A stretch of 64,000 nucleotides of DNA from an uncultured cyanobacterium (GCA_963744145.1 CAVUSO010000001.1:2720001-2784000), one strand, 5' to 3'. Shown: positions 19,889 through 31,203, counted from the first letter of the stretch. The notes: generated by a model not told the origin, from the sequence alone. A program made the numbers and translations.

Positions 19889-21293
19889 TCTCGTTGCTCA
19901 CATCTTGTAACTTAAATACATTCCTTTTATATTGAGCCAGTAACTCAATAGAATGAGTAGCAAGTACAAACTGAACTAAGCTACCCTTCGTCAGCTCAAG
20001 GAGTGCCCGAATAAGTTGCCGTTGCCATTTAATATTTAAAGATATTTCCGGTTCATCAATGATAAAAATTGTGGCTTTATCTCTTGCAGTTAGAGTATTA
20101 CAAAGCAATAGCAGCAGTTGTTTCTCACCCGATGAAAGTGATTCTGGAGAGATATCTTGGTTACCTTCAGTTTTTATTTTCAATCCCGTTCTAGCGTGTA
20201 ATTCAATTTTTTTATCATTAAAAAAGCTATTAACCGTACTTACAAAAAATTTCAACACATTTTGGGTCTCTTGTAACGCATTTAATCTTGCTGAAATGCT
20301 AGCAAGGTAGGGTTTTAAGACCTTCCAAGTGATGGGAAGAGTTGATTCAGTATTATTGGCAATTGAGTTGATGAGATTACCATTATCTAGTGGGGACATT
20401 AGACCAAAGTGAGAAAATTCTTTACTTCTATCTTCTAGTGCTTTTAATTCTTCAATTAATTGTTGTGATGATTTTGGAGTGTTTTCCTCTACTATTCCAC
20501 CTGATATACTGATTTTTGAAATAATATCTTCATATATTTTATGAACATTAGTTGAGCCTTCATTAGATCCTTTTAATGCTTGTTCTCGAATCCAATTTTC
20601 ACTATGGGCTATAGAAGTTTTTAATGCAAAGTCTCGATCTAGATTAGCAAAGTTAGAGCCTATTCTCAAAAAACGTCGCAGATCTTTTATTATAGATAAT
20701 GGGTCAATTTCTGCTTCTTTTGGCTCAAATTCTTTTGGCTCAAATAGATCGCTGTTGAGAACTCGATCATCACCAAGAAAAAATACATTCAACTGAAGTT
20801 CAGATAATTTTCTTAAAAAATCTTTATCTAAACCTTCAAGTTTTCGGTTATCATTGTATTTATATTCAACTTTAGAAATACTTACTCCTTTGTCTATAAG
20901 CTCGATTTGAAAAGACCCAAGTAAATCATTATTCTTCAGGTCAGTGAGCGTAGTTTGACTACGGGTAACTACTAGATCGATTCCACCTGCGAAAGAAACA
21001 GCAAATTTAGAAAAAGGTATTTGTGCTATAAAAGCACGATGTCCTCTGTCTTCAGAAGGAGAAAGAAGATGAAAAAGAAGTTTAAGAATAGTCGTTTTTC
21101 CAGAACCATTATCACCATATAAAATAAACAATGAGCTTAACGAGCCTGTACTTGCTATTTCCTTTGAAAGTATATAATTGTACCTTCCAAACAATTTTTC
21201 GATCTCAATACGAGTTACTGAAAGAAGAGACTCTCCTAATGCTAATATAGGATCAGGTTTATCTATAGCAGAAATAGTTGCTGGTTTAGACAT
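19872..21293 (-). CDS. ABC/AAA_21-type ATPase (AriA-like)
   Basis: GDNGSGKTT, coiled-coil insert, LSSGEKQ, IIDEPE, ATHS; no transmembrane partner. Confidence 0.85.
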   Translation of the reverse strand: MSKPATISAIDKPDPILALGESLLSVTRIEIEKLFGRYNYILSKEIASTGSLSSLFILYGDNGSGKTTILKLLFHLLSPSEDRGHRAFIAQIPFSKFAVSFAGGIDLVVTRSQTTLTDLKNNDLLGSFQIELIDKGVSISKVEYKYNDNRKLEGLDKDFLRKLSELQLNVFFLGDDRVLNSDLFEPKEFEPKEAEIDPLSIIKDLRRFLRIGSNFANLDRDFALKTSIAHSENWIREQALKGSNEGSTNVHKIYEDIISKISISGGIVEENTPKSSQQLIEELKALEDRSKEFSHFGLMSPLDNGNLINSIANNTESTLPITWKVLKPYLASISARLNALQETQNVLKFFVSTVNSFFNDKKIELHARTGLKIKTEGNQDISPESLSSGEKQLLLLLCNTLTARDKATIFIIDEPEISLNIKWQRQLIRALLELTKGSLVQFVLATHSIELLAQYKRNVFKLQDVSNEIENGR

Positions 21294-21601
21294 AATTTTA
21301 TACGCTTACCTAAATTACTTGATAAGAACAACAACAAATTACCTTTCAAAATTAACATTCCTTAACTCATTATTCATTTTATTTTACAGTTAAGATTTAT
21401 TTACTAGAAAAGCCCAACTAAATATTTATCTACTTGTGTGGTAGAATATTTCCTTGAAAATACCACATATTGCGTGCCCAGTCAATAGTTCTATTAAAAT
21501 TATGTCCATTACTGAAATTAAACCTTTAGAATTAATCTTTCAGGAAACCCAAAAGTTTTGAAATATTTCCAAGTTTTTTAACCAATTACCTACTAGCGCA
21601 A

Positions 21602-22249
21602 ATGTCTGAATTAATCCCAGAATCTATCCCAGAATTACCTAAAAATTTGTTAAAGCAAGCTGACCCAATTTTAGGTAAATTAATTGACCAATTAGGTGAT
21701 ATTGATCAGGTTGATATATCCACGACTGATCTACCGACTAATGACTTATTCTCTGCGATCGCGAAAGCTATTATTTCTCAACAGATATCTACCAAAGCTG
21801 CTGGGACTATTTATGAAAGGTTTTTAGCTCTTTATGCTGATAGCTCCGGTTTAACTGCTCAAGAACTTCTAGATACTCCCGCAGATATATTACGCTCTGT
21901 TGGTATTTCTAGACCTAAAATTATATATCTTCAAGATTTAGCCCAAAAGGTACTAGCAGGATTACCAACTATAGAAAAATTGCAAGTAATGGACGATGAA
22001 ACCATTATTAGGATATTAACAGAAATCAAAGGAGTTGGCATTTGGACAGTGCAAATGTTTCTAATTTTTAATTTGCACCGTCCTGATGTTTTACCTGTAA
22101 ATGATTTAGGGATTCGGACTGCTATTAAAAAATTGTACCAGTTGGAAACCTTACCTACTCAAGCAACTATTTTAGAATTAGGAAATTCCTGGAAACCTGA
22201 TCGTTCTTTAGCTTGTCGGTATCTCTGGAAAAGTCTAACGCTCCAGTAA
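21602..22249 (+). CDS. DNA-3-methyladenine glycosylase II (AlkA/HhH-GPD family)
   Basis: IISQQIS, IKGVGIWT HhH, PDVLPVNDLG. Confidence 0.88.
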   Translation: MSELIPESIPELPKNLLKQADPILGKLIDQLGDIDQVDISTTDLPTNDLFSAIAKAIISQQISTKAAGTIYERFLALYADSSGLTAQELLDTPADILRSVGISRPKIIYLQDLAQKVLAGLPTIEKLQVMDDETIIRILTEIKGVGIWTVQMFLIFNLHRPDVLPVNDLGIRTAIKKLYQLETLPTQATILELGNSWKPDRSLACRYLWKSLTLQ

Positions 22250-22290
22250 AAATCACCTAGGTTAAATCAGCGATCGCAATTGGCAATAAT

Positions 22291-23076
22291 TTAAAAAAAG
22301 GATGGTGAATTTAAGATAGAATGGAGATGAACAACTGAACCAATAATCGCGATCGCTGGTGAACTAAATTCAGTCCTTTGCATTTGGTTAACGATCGTTG
22401 CTAATGTACCGATCAATTTTTGTTGTTCTGGTCTAGTACCCCACCGAATTAAAGCAACTGGAGTTTCTAGATTTAATCCAGCATGAGTGAGATTTTCAAC
22501 AATTTGACTCATGTTGTGAATTCCCATATATATTACGATTGTTTCTGAACCACGCGCGATCGCTTCCCAACAAATTTCTGGTCGATATTTACCAATTGCT
22601 TCATGACCAGTAACAAAGGTAACTGAGGAACTATAATCTCGATGGGTTAAAGGTATTCCAGCATAAGCTGGTGCTGCTATTCCTGATGTAATTCCTGGTA
22701 CTACCTCAACTGCTATTCCTGCTTTAATTAATGCTTCCATTTCTTCTCCACCACGTCCAAAAATAAAAGGATCACCACCTTTTAAACGTACTACTATGGG
22801 ATGTTGTTGCGCTTTGGTAATTAATAATTGGTTAGTCTCTTCCTGTAATAATGAATGTCTTCCCATCCGTTTACCTGCATCAATTTTTTCTGCTTGGGGA
22901 TTAATCATCGCAATAATTGGAGGACTAACTAAAGCGTCATAAATTACTACATCTGCACATTCTAATAGGGTTTTACCTTTGAGAGTAAATAAACCTGGAT
23001 CTCCTGGTCCTGCACCTACTAAATATACTTTTCCTAAACACTTTTGTTCGGTGATAGTGATTAGGTCTGTTCTCAT
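22291..23076 (-). CDS. cobA: uroporphyrinogen-III C-methyltransferase
   Basis: VYLVGAGPGDPGL, VRLKGGDPFIFGRGGEE, AGIPLTHR. Confidence 0.93.
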   Translation of the reverse strand: MRTDLITITEQKCLGKVYLVGAGPGDPGLFTLKGKTLLECADVVIYDALVSPPIIAMINPQAEKIDAGKRMGRHSLLQEETNQLLITKAQQHPIVVRLKGGDPFIFGRGGEEMEALIKAGIAVEVVPGITSGIAAPAYAGIPLTHRDYSSSVTFVTGHEAIGKYRPEICWEAIARGSETIVIYMGIHNMSQIVENLTHAGLNLETPVALIRWGTRPEQQKLIGTLATIVNQMQRTEFSSPAIAIIGSVVHLHSILNSPSFF

Positions 23077-23152
23077 TGTCTTGGGGTTCCTTTTCGGTTA
23101 AATATCTGATTGTTAGTTTAAAATATTAATGATAGAAAAATTGATATATTTA

Positions 23153-23929
23153 CTACCAATTTTCCTGATTTACAGTCAAATTTACTTGCATAAAATCTAA
23201 AACTAAATTAGCTAATTCCACAGTTAAACCCATCGGTTCAGCGAGTTTAAATTCTTGGATCGGGTAGGTTTGGGAAAGTTGGGCTAATTTTTGAGCGATC
23301 GCATCTGTAATCCCACCAGGAAATAAAAAATAAGGTAAAATCCCGATCCGTTTATATCCTAAATTTACCAACTTTTTGATCTGTATTTCTAGAGTAGGTT
23401 CCATCACCCAGTATGCAGGTATTGCTCCTAATTGACGAGCCCGATTTTCGACAGGTTGATTTCCCCCCAAATGACGACTACCGTGAGCTAATAATATCCA
23501 AATTTCCGCAGTGATCGCTTGTTGTTGTCTGAGCAGGAGATGAATTAAACGGGGATGGGAACCTAAATAGGGACGGAGATTAACTGTAATATCTGTACCT
23601 AACCAACGCTGTGCGATCGCGACTTGAGTCGGAATATCTGCTTGAACATGAACTCCTGGTAATAAAAATAAGGGTAGTAATTGAATTTGAGTTAATCCGA
23701 GCGATCGAGTAGTTTGAGCAAACTGAATTAATTGTTCTGCTAGAGAAATATCAGTTAATTCGAGAGTCCCGGTTTTGACTAAAGGAAAAGATTCCCTGGT
23801 CCGGGACTGGGAGGGGGAATTAGTGAGAGTGGGTAAGCGATCGCGTAAATATCCAGCTAACTTTTCACAAGCAACGTGAGGACGTGGATCGCGACTACCA
23901 TGAGCAACTAGAAAATAACTTGAGGTCAA
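23153..23929 (-). CDS. sirohydrochlorin chelatase (CbiX/SirB family)
   Basis: Two HGSR motifs, PLFLLPGVH, PYFLFPGG; adjacent to cobA. Confidence 0.85.
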   Translation of the reverse strand: MTSSYFLVAHGSRDPRPHVACEKLAGYLRDRLPTLTNSPSQSRTRESFPLVKTGTLELTDISLAEQLIQFAQTTRSLGLTQIQLLPLFLLPGVHVQADIPTQVAIAQRWLGTDITVNLRPYLGSHPRLIHLLLRQQQAITAEIWILLAHGSRHLGGNQPVENRARQLGAIPAYWVMEPTLEIQIKKLVNLGYKRIGILPYFLFPGGITDAIAQKLAQLSQTYPIQEFKLAEPMGLTVELANLVLDFMQVNLTVNQENW

Positions 23930-23997
23930 TGGCGATATTAACTTGCTGGGTAAATTAAGTATAACTATAATTAATTATAACTCAATCTTGCCACAAC

Positions 23998-26880
23998 TTG
24001 GATCTAGACTTGACTCAATCCTTATTAACCTCCATGTTATCGTTAATCAGTTTAAGACGGTATCGTCTACCAGCTTTACTATTCAGCCTCTGTCTGAGTA
24101 TTGTGCTAATATTTTCTGGGAAAGCAATTTCTGCAACTGTAACCAGTATTCCGACCCAGTCACCTGAAGTCACCATCCTAGCATCGGGAGCTTCCGACCC
24201 ATCCTTACTGACTGAAGGAGTACAGAAAACAGTCTTAGATAATGGGTTAACCGTGCTAACTAAAGAAGTCCATACAGCACCAGTAGTCAGTGTCCAGGTA
24301 TGGTACAAAGTTGGTTCACGTAATGAAGCACCTGGAGTAAATGGAATTGCTCATCAACTTGAACACCTCTTATTTAAAGGTACAACCGACCGACCAATCC
24401 AGTTTGGACGTTTATTTAGTGCATTAGGAAGCGAATCAAATGCTTTTACCAGTTATGATGAAACTGCTTATTTTGGGACAGTAGAACGAAATAAGCTCAA
24501 AGCAATGCTAACTTTAGAAGCAGATCGGATGCAAAATTCCCTGATTAATGCAAATTCGCTCAATAGTGAAAAACGAGTAGTAATTTCTGAGTTACAGGGA
24601 TATGAAAACTATCCTAGCTATCGTCTGAGTCGTGCAATTATGCACAGTGCAATTCCGGATCATCCCTACGGGTTAATGGTAGGTGGTACGAAAGCAGATG
24701 TAGAAAAATTTACTGTCGATCAAGTCCGGGATTATTACCATAATTATTACAGCCCGAATAATGCTACTCTAGTAGTGGTAGGAGATTTTCAGACAGATAC
24801 TACCCAAAAATGGATCAAAGAAACTTTTGGGAAAGTATCTAACAATAATTCAGACCTAACCAAACCAAACAACTTAAATAACCAGTCAAAAGTTTTATTT
24901 CCCACTCCTCCCCCTCCATCCAGCAAACCAATTGGGAAAACTCCCATAATTTTGCAAGAACCAGGAAGTGCTGCGTTATTAGAGACAGTTTATCTGTTAC
25001 CAGATGTAAATCATCCTGATGTACCAGCTTTGGATTTAATGGATTATATTTTGACGGGAGGAAGAACTTCTCGTCTGTATCAAGCTTTAGTAGAAACTGG
25101 GTTAACTAGCGATATTTCTGGTTATGTAGCTACTTTAGCTGAGGGAGGTTGGTATGAATTGTCAGCTACAGCTACTCATAGTCAAGATTTACCCAAAATC
25201 CAGCAAGTTTTGATCAAGACGATCGCAGATTTACAAGAACAGGGAATTAGTTCGGAAGAACTAAACCGAGCTAAAGCACAAGTAAAAGCTTCAGTGATTT
25301 TCCAAAATCGCGATATTCCCAACCAAGCAATGCAATTAGGTAATGATCAAACTACGACAGGGGACTATCGCTGGAGCGATCGCTTTTTAGCTGCGATCGA
25401 CCAAGTTAGCACCAGTGATATTCAGCGAGTAGCACAAAATTATCTGAGTATAGCTAATCGAACTGAAGGATTTTTTGAACCAACTAAAACCAATGGTGGA
25501 CTGACAAATAATGCTACCGCATCTAGACAAACTTCTGAGCATTTTAATCAAGGTCCTCCGGTCGATCCAGCACAAGTTGCTAAATATCTCCCAGAGATTC
25601 CCAAAACCACAACTTCCGCTAATCAAGATTTACCAGTAAAAATTACCTTATCTAATGGAATCAGGGTTCTCCTTCTAAGCGATCGCAGCAATCCTACCAT
25701 CACCTTAAGTGGTCAGATTTTTGCGGGGACAGAATTTGACCCCAAATCACAAGCTGGTTTAGCTAGTTTAACAGCACAAAGCTTAATGCACGGAACTAAA
25801 ACCCAAGATGCAATTAGCTTAAGTAAAGCTTTAGACGATCGGGGTGCTAGTTTAAGTTTTAGTGCTAATCGAGAAGGAGTCAGTGTTCAGGGTAATAGTT
25901 TAGCTCCAGATTTATCGGTTTTAATCGCTACTTTTGCTGATGTCGTCCAAAATGCGACTTTTCCCACAGATAAATTGGAAATAACTCGTCAGCAGTTTTT
26001 AACCGAGTTAAAAGTAGAGTTAGATGACCCAGCAATTTTAGCTCGACGAGTATTTCAACAATCGATTTATCCAGAAAATCATCCTTTCCATAGCTTTCCC
26101 ACCGAAGCTAGTTTGCAAAGTATTAAACGGGATGATATTCTGAACTTTTACCAAAATCATTATCGTCCAGATACGATCATCCTGAGTTTACTTGGTGATT
26201 TTGATCCAAACCAAGTGCGATCGCTCCTCGAAAGTCAGCTTGGTAATTGGAAAGCGACGGGAACAGCACCAGAGTTAAACTTTCCCTCCGTCGAACTACC
26301 CCTATCCATGAGCGAGTTACATGAAGTCATCCCCGGTAAAGCTCAAGCAGTAACCTTAATGGGTTATAAAGGAATTAACCGCAGTGATCCACGCTACTAT
26401 GCAGCTTTAGTATTAAATCAGATTTTGGGAGGAGATACTTTAGCTAGTCGTTTAGGTACAGAAATTCGCGATCGGTTAGGATTGACCTATGGAATATATA
26501 GTTATTTCCAAGCAGGTCTGAATTCTGGACCGTTTTTGATTCAAATGCAAACTGCACCAGAAGATGCAAATCGAGCGATCGCGAGGACTATAGAGCTAGT
26601 TCAAAAAATGCACGATAATGGAGTAACAGAAGCAGAAGTACGAGCAGCACAGCGGTCATTAACTAGTAGCTATACAGTTACTCTAGCTGAGACCAATTCT
26701 TTAGCTTATAGCATTTTAATGAATGAAGTGTATGGTTTAGGTAGCGAACAACTCCGTCAATTTCCATCGAAAATTCAGTCTGTGACTACTGATCAGGTAA
26801 GTAAATCAGCTCAAGAGTTACTCCATCCTGATCATTTATTAGTAGTGACAGCTGGTCCATCAACCTCAGCTACTCGATAA
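23998..26880 (+). CDS. M16 (pitrilysin) family zinc peptidase, secreted; true start perhaps ATG 24034
   Basis: HQLEH (HxxEH), NAFTSYDETAY, duplicated M16 domains, signal peptide. Confidence 0.9.
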   Translation: MDLDLTQSLLTSMLSLISLRRYRLPALLFSLCLSIVLIFSGKAISATVTSIPTQSPEVTILASGASDPSLLTEGVQKTVLDNGLTVLTKEVHTAPVVSVQVWYKVGSRNEAPGVNGIAHQLEHLLFKGTTDRPIQFGRLFSALGSESNAFTSYDETAYFGTVERNKLKAMLTLEADRMQNSLINANSLNSEKRVVISELQGYENYPSYRLSRAIMHSAIPDHPYGLMVGGTKADVEKFTVDQVRDYYHNYYSPNNATLVVVGDFQTDTTQKWIKETFGKVSNNNSDLTKPNNLNNQSKVLFPTPPPPSSKPIGKTPIILQEPGSAALLETVYLLPDVNHPDVPALDLMDYILTGGRTSRLYQALVETGLTSDISGYVATLAEGGWYELSATATHSQDLPKIQQVLIKTIADLQEQGISSEELNRAKAQVKASVIFQNRDIPNQAMQLGNDQTTTGDYRWSDRFLAAIDQVSTSDIQRVAQNYLSIANRTEGFFEPTKTNGGLTNNATASRQTSEHFNQGPPVDPAQVAKYLPEIPKTTTSANQDLPVKITLSNGIRVLLLSDRSNPTITLSGQIFAGTEFDPKSQAGLASLTAQSLMHGTKTQDAISLSKALDDRGASLSFSANREGVSVQGNSLAPDLSVLIATFADVVQNATFPTDKLEITRQQFLTELKVELDDPAILARRVFQQSIYPENHPFHSFPTEASLQSIKRDDILNFYQNHYRPDTIILSLLGDFDPNQVRSLLESQLGNWKATGTAPELNFPSVELPLSMSELHEVIPGKAQAVTLMGYKGINRSDPRYYAALVLNQILGGDTLASRLGTEIRDRLGLTYGIYSYFQAGLNSGPFLIQMQTAPEDANRAIARTIELVQKMHDNGVTEAEVRAAQRSLTSSYTVTLAETNSLAYSILMNEVYGLGSEQLRQFPSKIQSVTTDQVSKSAQELLHPDHLLVVTAGPSTSATR

Positions 26881-27096
26881 ACCTTCCTCAGACATCTAAA
26901 AAATTGATCCCCTCATCATCGTCTGAGTCACACTGGACACTGAATTCAAAGTCCCTCCTGCTTAGTCAGGAGGATTTAAGGGGATCAAATCCAATTTGTC
27001 ATTTTCCCTAAACCTCATGGCAGAATGATATAGTTGGATCTACAAACTCCATCCCCAAGCAAACAAATTGGTCATAATTAATTACCGAATAATCCT

Positions 27097-27609
27097 ATGC
27101 TACAATCAATTTTTTACTTATTGGCTCAATGGGTATCAAAACGTTTTTTCATCCTATTAGTGGTGATATTTTCGATTAGTTTAGTTTGGATACCTGTCGG
27201 ATTTGCTGCTCCAATTCAGATTTCTGATGCTGATCTAGCAACTCAATCAGCGATCGCAATTAATGTTGATCTAGGTAACTCCACTAATGAACTGAAGTTT
27301 TTTCCCAACCAGCTTAATTTAATCGCAGGAAAACGTTATCAACTAATTTTGAAAAATCCTAGTCCCCAAAAACATTATTTTACCGCTAAAGATTTTGCTG
27401 ATGTCAGTTGGACTCAGAAAGTTGAAGCTGGTCGAGTAGAAATTAAAGGTGGGATTAGGGAACTAGAACTTAAACCGGGTTCAGAAGCACAATGGGTTTT
27501 AATACCGATCAAATCTGGTAAATATCATCTACATTGTTCGATTCCAGGACATACAGAAGCAGGAATGACTGGGACAATTACCATTTTAGCCCAGCCAGTA
27601 TCTAGCTAA
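27097..27609 (+). CDS. cupredoxin (plastocyanin/azurin-like) copper-binding protein
   Basis: KHYF...CSIPGHTEAGMTG type-1 Cu ligands; signal peptide. Confidence 0.85.
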   Translation: MLQSIFYLLAQWVSKRFFILLVVIFSISLVWIPVGFAAPIQISDADLATQSAIAINVDLGNSTNELKFFPNQLNLIAGKRYQLILKNPSPQKHYFTAKDFADVSWTQKVEAGRVEIKGGIRELELKPGSEAQWVLIPIKSGKYHLHCSIPGHTEAGMTGTITILAQPVSS

Positions 27610-27649
27610 GTTTTAGTTTAAAATATCGCTAACGATCCATTAATATCAA

Positions 27650-28477
27650 ATGAAAATTTTCAGTCATCTGCTTCCTCAAACATCCCAATTACCTCCGCTC
27701 CCCAAACAACGTCGCGGAATTGAGATTAAGTCAAATCAGGAAATTGCAATTATGCGACAAGCTGGGAAAATTGTCGCTACTGTGTTGAAAGAAATTTCCC
27801 AAATGGTTCAACCAGGAATGACTACTGCTGATTTAGATGTTTATGCTGAAAAACGCATTCGGTCAATGGATGCAATTCCTAGTTTTAAAGGTTATCATGG
27901 TTTTCCTGGCTCAATTTGCGCTTGTCTGAATCATGAAGTAGTACATGGAATTCCTAATCGCAAAAAAATCATTCGAGCTGGAGATGTTCTGAAAGTTGAT
28001 ACAGGTGCTTATTATCAAGGATTTCATGGTGACTCCTGTATCACGATCGCAATTCTCGAAGTGACACCAGAAGCAGAGAAATTAATTCGGGTTGCTCAAG
28101 AAGCTCTGTATAAAGGAATTGAACAAGTAAAAGCAGGAAACTATCTTTTAGATATTGCGATCGCGATTCAAGATCATGTAGAAAGTAATGGTTTTACTGT
28201 AGTCGAAAACTTTACTGGTCATGGGGTTGGTCGGAATTTGCACGAAGAACCTTCTGTGTTTAATTTTCGGACTCGTGATCTCCCAAATGTGAAGCTTCGA
28301 GCTGGAATGACTTTAGCGATCGAACCGATTTTAAATGCTGGTTCTAAGTTTACTCGGACTTTAGCCGATCGCTGGACAGCAGTAACTGTTGATAATGCTT
28401 TATCTGCACAATTTGAACATACAGTTTTGGTGACTGACAATGGTTATGAAATTTTAACCGATCGGACTCAAGTTTAA
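27650..28477 (+). CDS. map: type I methionine aminopeptidase
   Basis: [38 protein letters not shown]. Confidence 0.95.
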   Translation: MKIFSHLLPQTSQLPPLPKQRRGIEIKSNQEIAIMRQAGKIVATVLKEISQMVQPGMTTADLDVYAEKRIRSMDAIPSFKGYHGFPGSICACLNHEVVHGIPNRKKIIRAGDVLKVDTGAYYQGFHGDSCITIAILEVTPEAEKLIRVAQEALYKGIEQVKAGNYLLDIAIAIQDHVESNGFTVVENFTGHGVGRNLHEEPSVFNFRTRDLPNVKLRAGMTLAIEPILNAGSKFTRTLADRWTAVTVDNALSAQFEHTVLVTDNGYEILTDRTQV

Positions 28478-28541
28478 TGGTAACCCCAGGAGTAGGGACT
28501 TGCATGATGTCCCTACCTATTCAAAAATAAAGCCAATTATA

Positions 28542-29162
28542 TCAGCAATATTGCAACTCTAACACCTGATCTTCTAATTCTTCATCTGCGAATTCTTCAT
28601 CGAGGAAGATTTCATCACAAAAAACCATATTAGTCGATAAATTGCGAGCTAAAGCTATACCTGTTGCTTGACAATATCTTTTCGCAAATCTTTTCGCTTG
28701 ATTTTTATTTAAAAAACCGCGATTTAAGATTTCTACTTCTAACCAACCGAGTCGATCGCTATCTGGTAAAGATTCTCGTTCAAATATAGAAACTCTCCAA
28801 CTATCTAGATCGGGAACATCAGGAAATTCTATTTCTTGCTCCACCTGAAAAGATTCCTGATCCCACAAAAAATCTTCATAGACACTACGGTTACTAACAT
28901 AATAGACACATTGATCGCCGATCTCAATCTTGCGTACAACTCCCATCCCAGGATTAACATATTTCCAAGTTTTCTTTTGTTTAAAGATTAAGGGAATCAG
29001 CTCATCCACCGATTGGGGGTGCTGGTCAATATATTCGAGAGCTTCCTCGGATGTCCGAAAAAATTCTTTGGTTTTGCAACCATAAGGATCGATAATCTGA
29101 AAACGACCTTTGCTAGCTGGACGGATAGAATAGCCTTTGTGGTTTTGTTCAAGATGCAACAT
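28542..29162 (-). CDS. hypothetical protein with acidic C-terminus
   Basis: 206-aa ORF, no recognised motif. Confidence 0.6.
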   Translation of the reverse strand: MLHLEQNHKGYSIRPASKGRFQIIDPYGCKTKEFFRTSEEALEYIDQHPQSVDELIPLIFKQKKTWKYVNPGMGVVRKIEIGDQCVYYVSNRSVYEDFLWDQESFQVEQEIEFPDVPDLDSWRVSIFERESLPDSDRLGWLEVEILNRGFLNKNQAKRFAKRYCQATGIALARNLSTNMVFCDEIFLDEEFADEELEDQVLELQYC

Positions 29163-29294
29163 AAAAAATATATATCATGTGCCAAAGTTTCGATTATAAG
29201 CGATCGCTGGTGAAAATAATATTAATTAAAGTAAAAATATGAGAAAATTTACGGAAAGACTCAATTATATGAGAAAACCTCCTGAGATTTACTT

Positions 29295-30185
29295 ATGTTT
29301 ACTTTCTGGTCTTGGTGTCGTTGGTTGATTACACTGACTCTCCTCGTCTGCTTAAGTGGATGTCCTTTTAGCAAATCCAGCTCTACTATTACTAAACCTG
29401 AAAGTGTGCATCTGCTGCTGGGAAATCCTAGTGGAGCGACTACCAATATTGCCAATCAAGACAATTACTTAATTTTGCGACCACAATACTCCTTATCATA
29501 TAATAGAAGTAAAGGTACACCAAACTGGTCGAGTTGGCAGCTAAATCAATCCTGGTTAGGTAATGCACCTCGTCAAAATAATTTTCGACCAGATCAGAGT
29601 CTACCCCCAGGATGGGATCAAGTCAGACCGAGCGATTATATTCACACAGGTTACGACAAAGGACATTTAACCCCCTCAGCCGATCGCTCGCGCACGATTG
29701 AAGATAACTCTGCTACCTTTTTAATGACCAATATGATACCCCAATCTCCCGACAATAATCAAGGTCCTTGGGCTGATTTAGAAGATTATTGTCGTAGTCT
29801 TGCCCATGCAGGGAAAGAATTGTATATTATAGCTGGTATAGCCGGAAAGCAAGGAACCATTGCCCAAGGAAAAGTCACCGTTCCCCAAGTAACTTGGAAA
29901 ATTATTGTTGTGTTCGATCATCCTGGTAGTGGAAGTCAAGATGTGACTAAGAATACCCCTGTGATTGCGATCGAAATGCCTAATTCTTCAGGGATAAGAA
30001 CCAAAAATTGGCAAAGTTTCCAAACTACTGTTCATCAAATCGAAGTACATACAGGGTATAATTTCCTTTCTAATATTTCCCCATCGATTCAAAAAGAAAT
30101 TGAAATAAAAATATTGAGCCCATTCAGCCCACTCAAAAAATATTCAGCCCATTCAGCCCACCATCACCATCACCATCGCCATTGA
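29295..30185 (+). CDS. NucA-like DNA/RNA non-specific endonuclease, putative lipoprotein
   Basis: HLLLGNPSGA, PNWSSWQL, YDKGH active site, TFLMTNMIPQSPDNNQGPW; LSGC lipobox. Confidence 0.9.
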   Translation: MFTFWSWCRWLITLTLLVCLSGCPFSKSSSTITKPESVHLLLGNPSGATTNIANQDNYLILRPQYSLSYNRSKGTPNWSSWQLNQSWLGNAPRQNNFRPDQSLPPGWDQVRPSDYIHTGYDKGHLTPSADRSRTIEDNSATFLMTNMIPQSPDNNQGPWADLEDYCRSLAHAGKELYIIAGIAGKQGTIAQGKVTVPQVTWKIIVVFDHPGSGSQDVTKNTPVIAIEMPNSSGIRTKNWQSFQTTVHQIEVHTGYNFLSNISPSIQKEIEIKILSPFSPLKKYSAHSAHHHHHHRH

Positions 30186-30300
30186 TATTAAAGGAAATTG
30201 AACTAAAAATATTCAGCCCACTCCCGCACTTAAAATCTATAATTTAGGTGAGGCTCATTCAAAGTCCGTTAACATATTCAACAAGTTTTCCAGGTAGCAG

Positions 30301-31092
30301 ATGACACAAAACTTACCTCCACAAGGTGAAGAACGCCAAGTTAGACTAGTGAGTGGAACATCCATTGATGGGGCTCCAATCACCTATATTATTGTACTGG
30401 CAGCCGTGGTGACTGCCTTGTCATTTATTCCGTTCTCCATTGTCCTGGGTTCTTCAGGTGGTGCGCTGACCTTGAGGGACGGGATTCTCCCTCTGTTAGG
30501 GTGGTTGTTGGGACCGATCGCTGGTTTGGTGGCCACTGGAATTGGGACATTGATTAGTGTCGCTCTGGTGCCCTATGCAGCTGGTTTTCCGATCATTACT
30601 ATCGGATCTGCTATGTTAGTTACCTTTGCTGCGGGAAACATGAATGTAGGGGGGAAGCGCAGATATTGGCCGATCGGCTTAACGATTTTGTTTATTCTCC
30701 AATATTGTTTCTATGGGTACAATGCGATCGTCCGCAATGGTATCCCCTTGAATATATTCTTTGCTGGCTCCTTTATTGATTGGTCAGCGCTACTGCTGTT
30801 TGCTTTACCGACTCGTCAATTATTTTCGCGCTGGATCAATAGCCCCAATCTAGGTCTGGTGGCGATCGGATTATTTGCAGGAACCTGGACTATTTCTGGA
30901 GTCGGACATATAAGTGCAGACAGTATTACTTATGTAATTTACAATTGGCCCAAAGAAACCTGGGTGATGCTTATCCCCATAATTCCCTATGAAAATTCGA
31001 TTCGCTGTATCACTGGTATGGTGATTGGGACAGGTGTGATTTCTGGCTTACGGGCGCTTAATCTAGTGAAGCCCAAACACGCCATTTACTAA
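30301..31092 (+). CDS. ECF transporter substrate-specific (S) component, putative
   Basis: Multi-TM protein with LLGP.AG motif upstream of ECF A-A' and T genes. Confidence 0.65.
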   Translation: MTQNLPPQGEERQVRLVSGTSIDGAPITYIIVLAAVVTALSFIPFSIVLGSSGGALTLRDGILPLLGWLLGPIAGLVATGIGTLISVALVPYAAGFPIITIGSAMLVTFAAGNMNVGGKRRYWPIGLTILFILQYCFYGYNAIVRNGIPLNIFFAGSFIDWSALLLFALPTRQLFSRWINSPNLGLVAIGLFAGTWTISGVGHISADSITYVIYNWPKETWVMLIPIIPYENSIRCITGMVIGTGVISGLRALNLVKPKHAIY

Positions 31093-31203
31093 TGCAAGTT
31101 GCTAGTTATTAATTTTGAGAAAATTTGCACGCTGTCGGGTGTGCCAGAAGACCAAAATTAGTGCTGATCTGCAAAATTTTCCAGTCTGACACACTATACT
31201 CAA

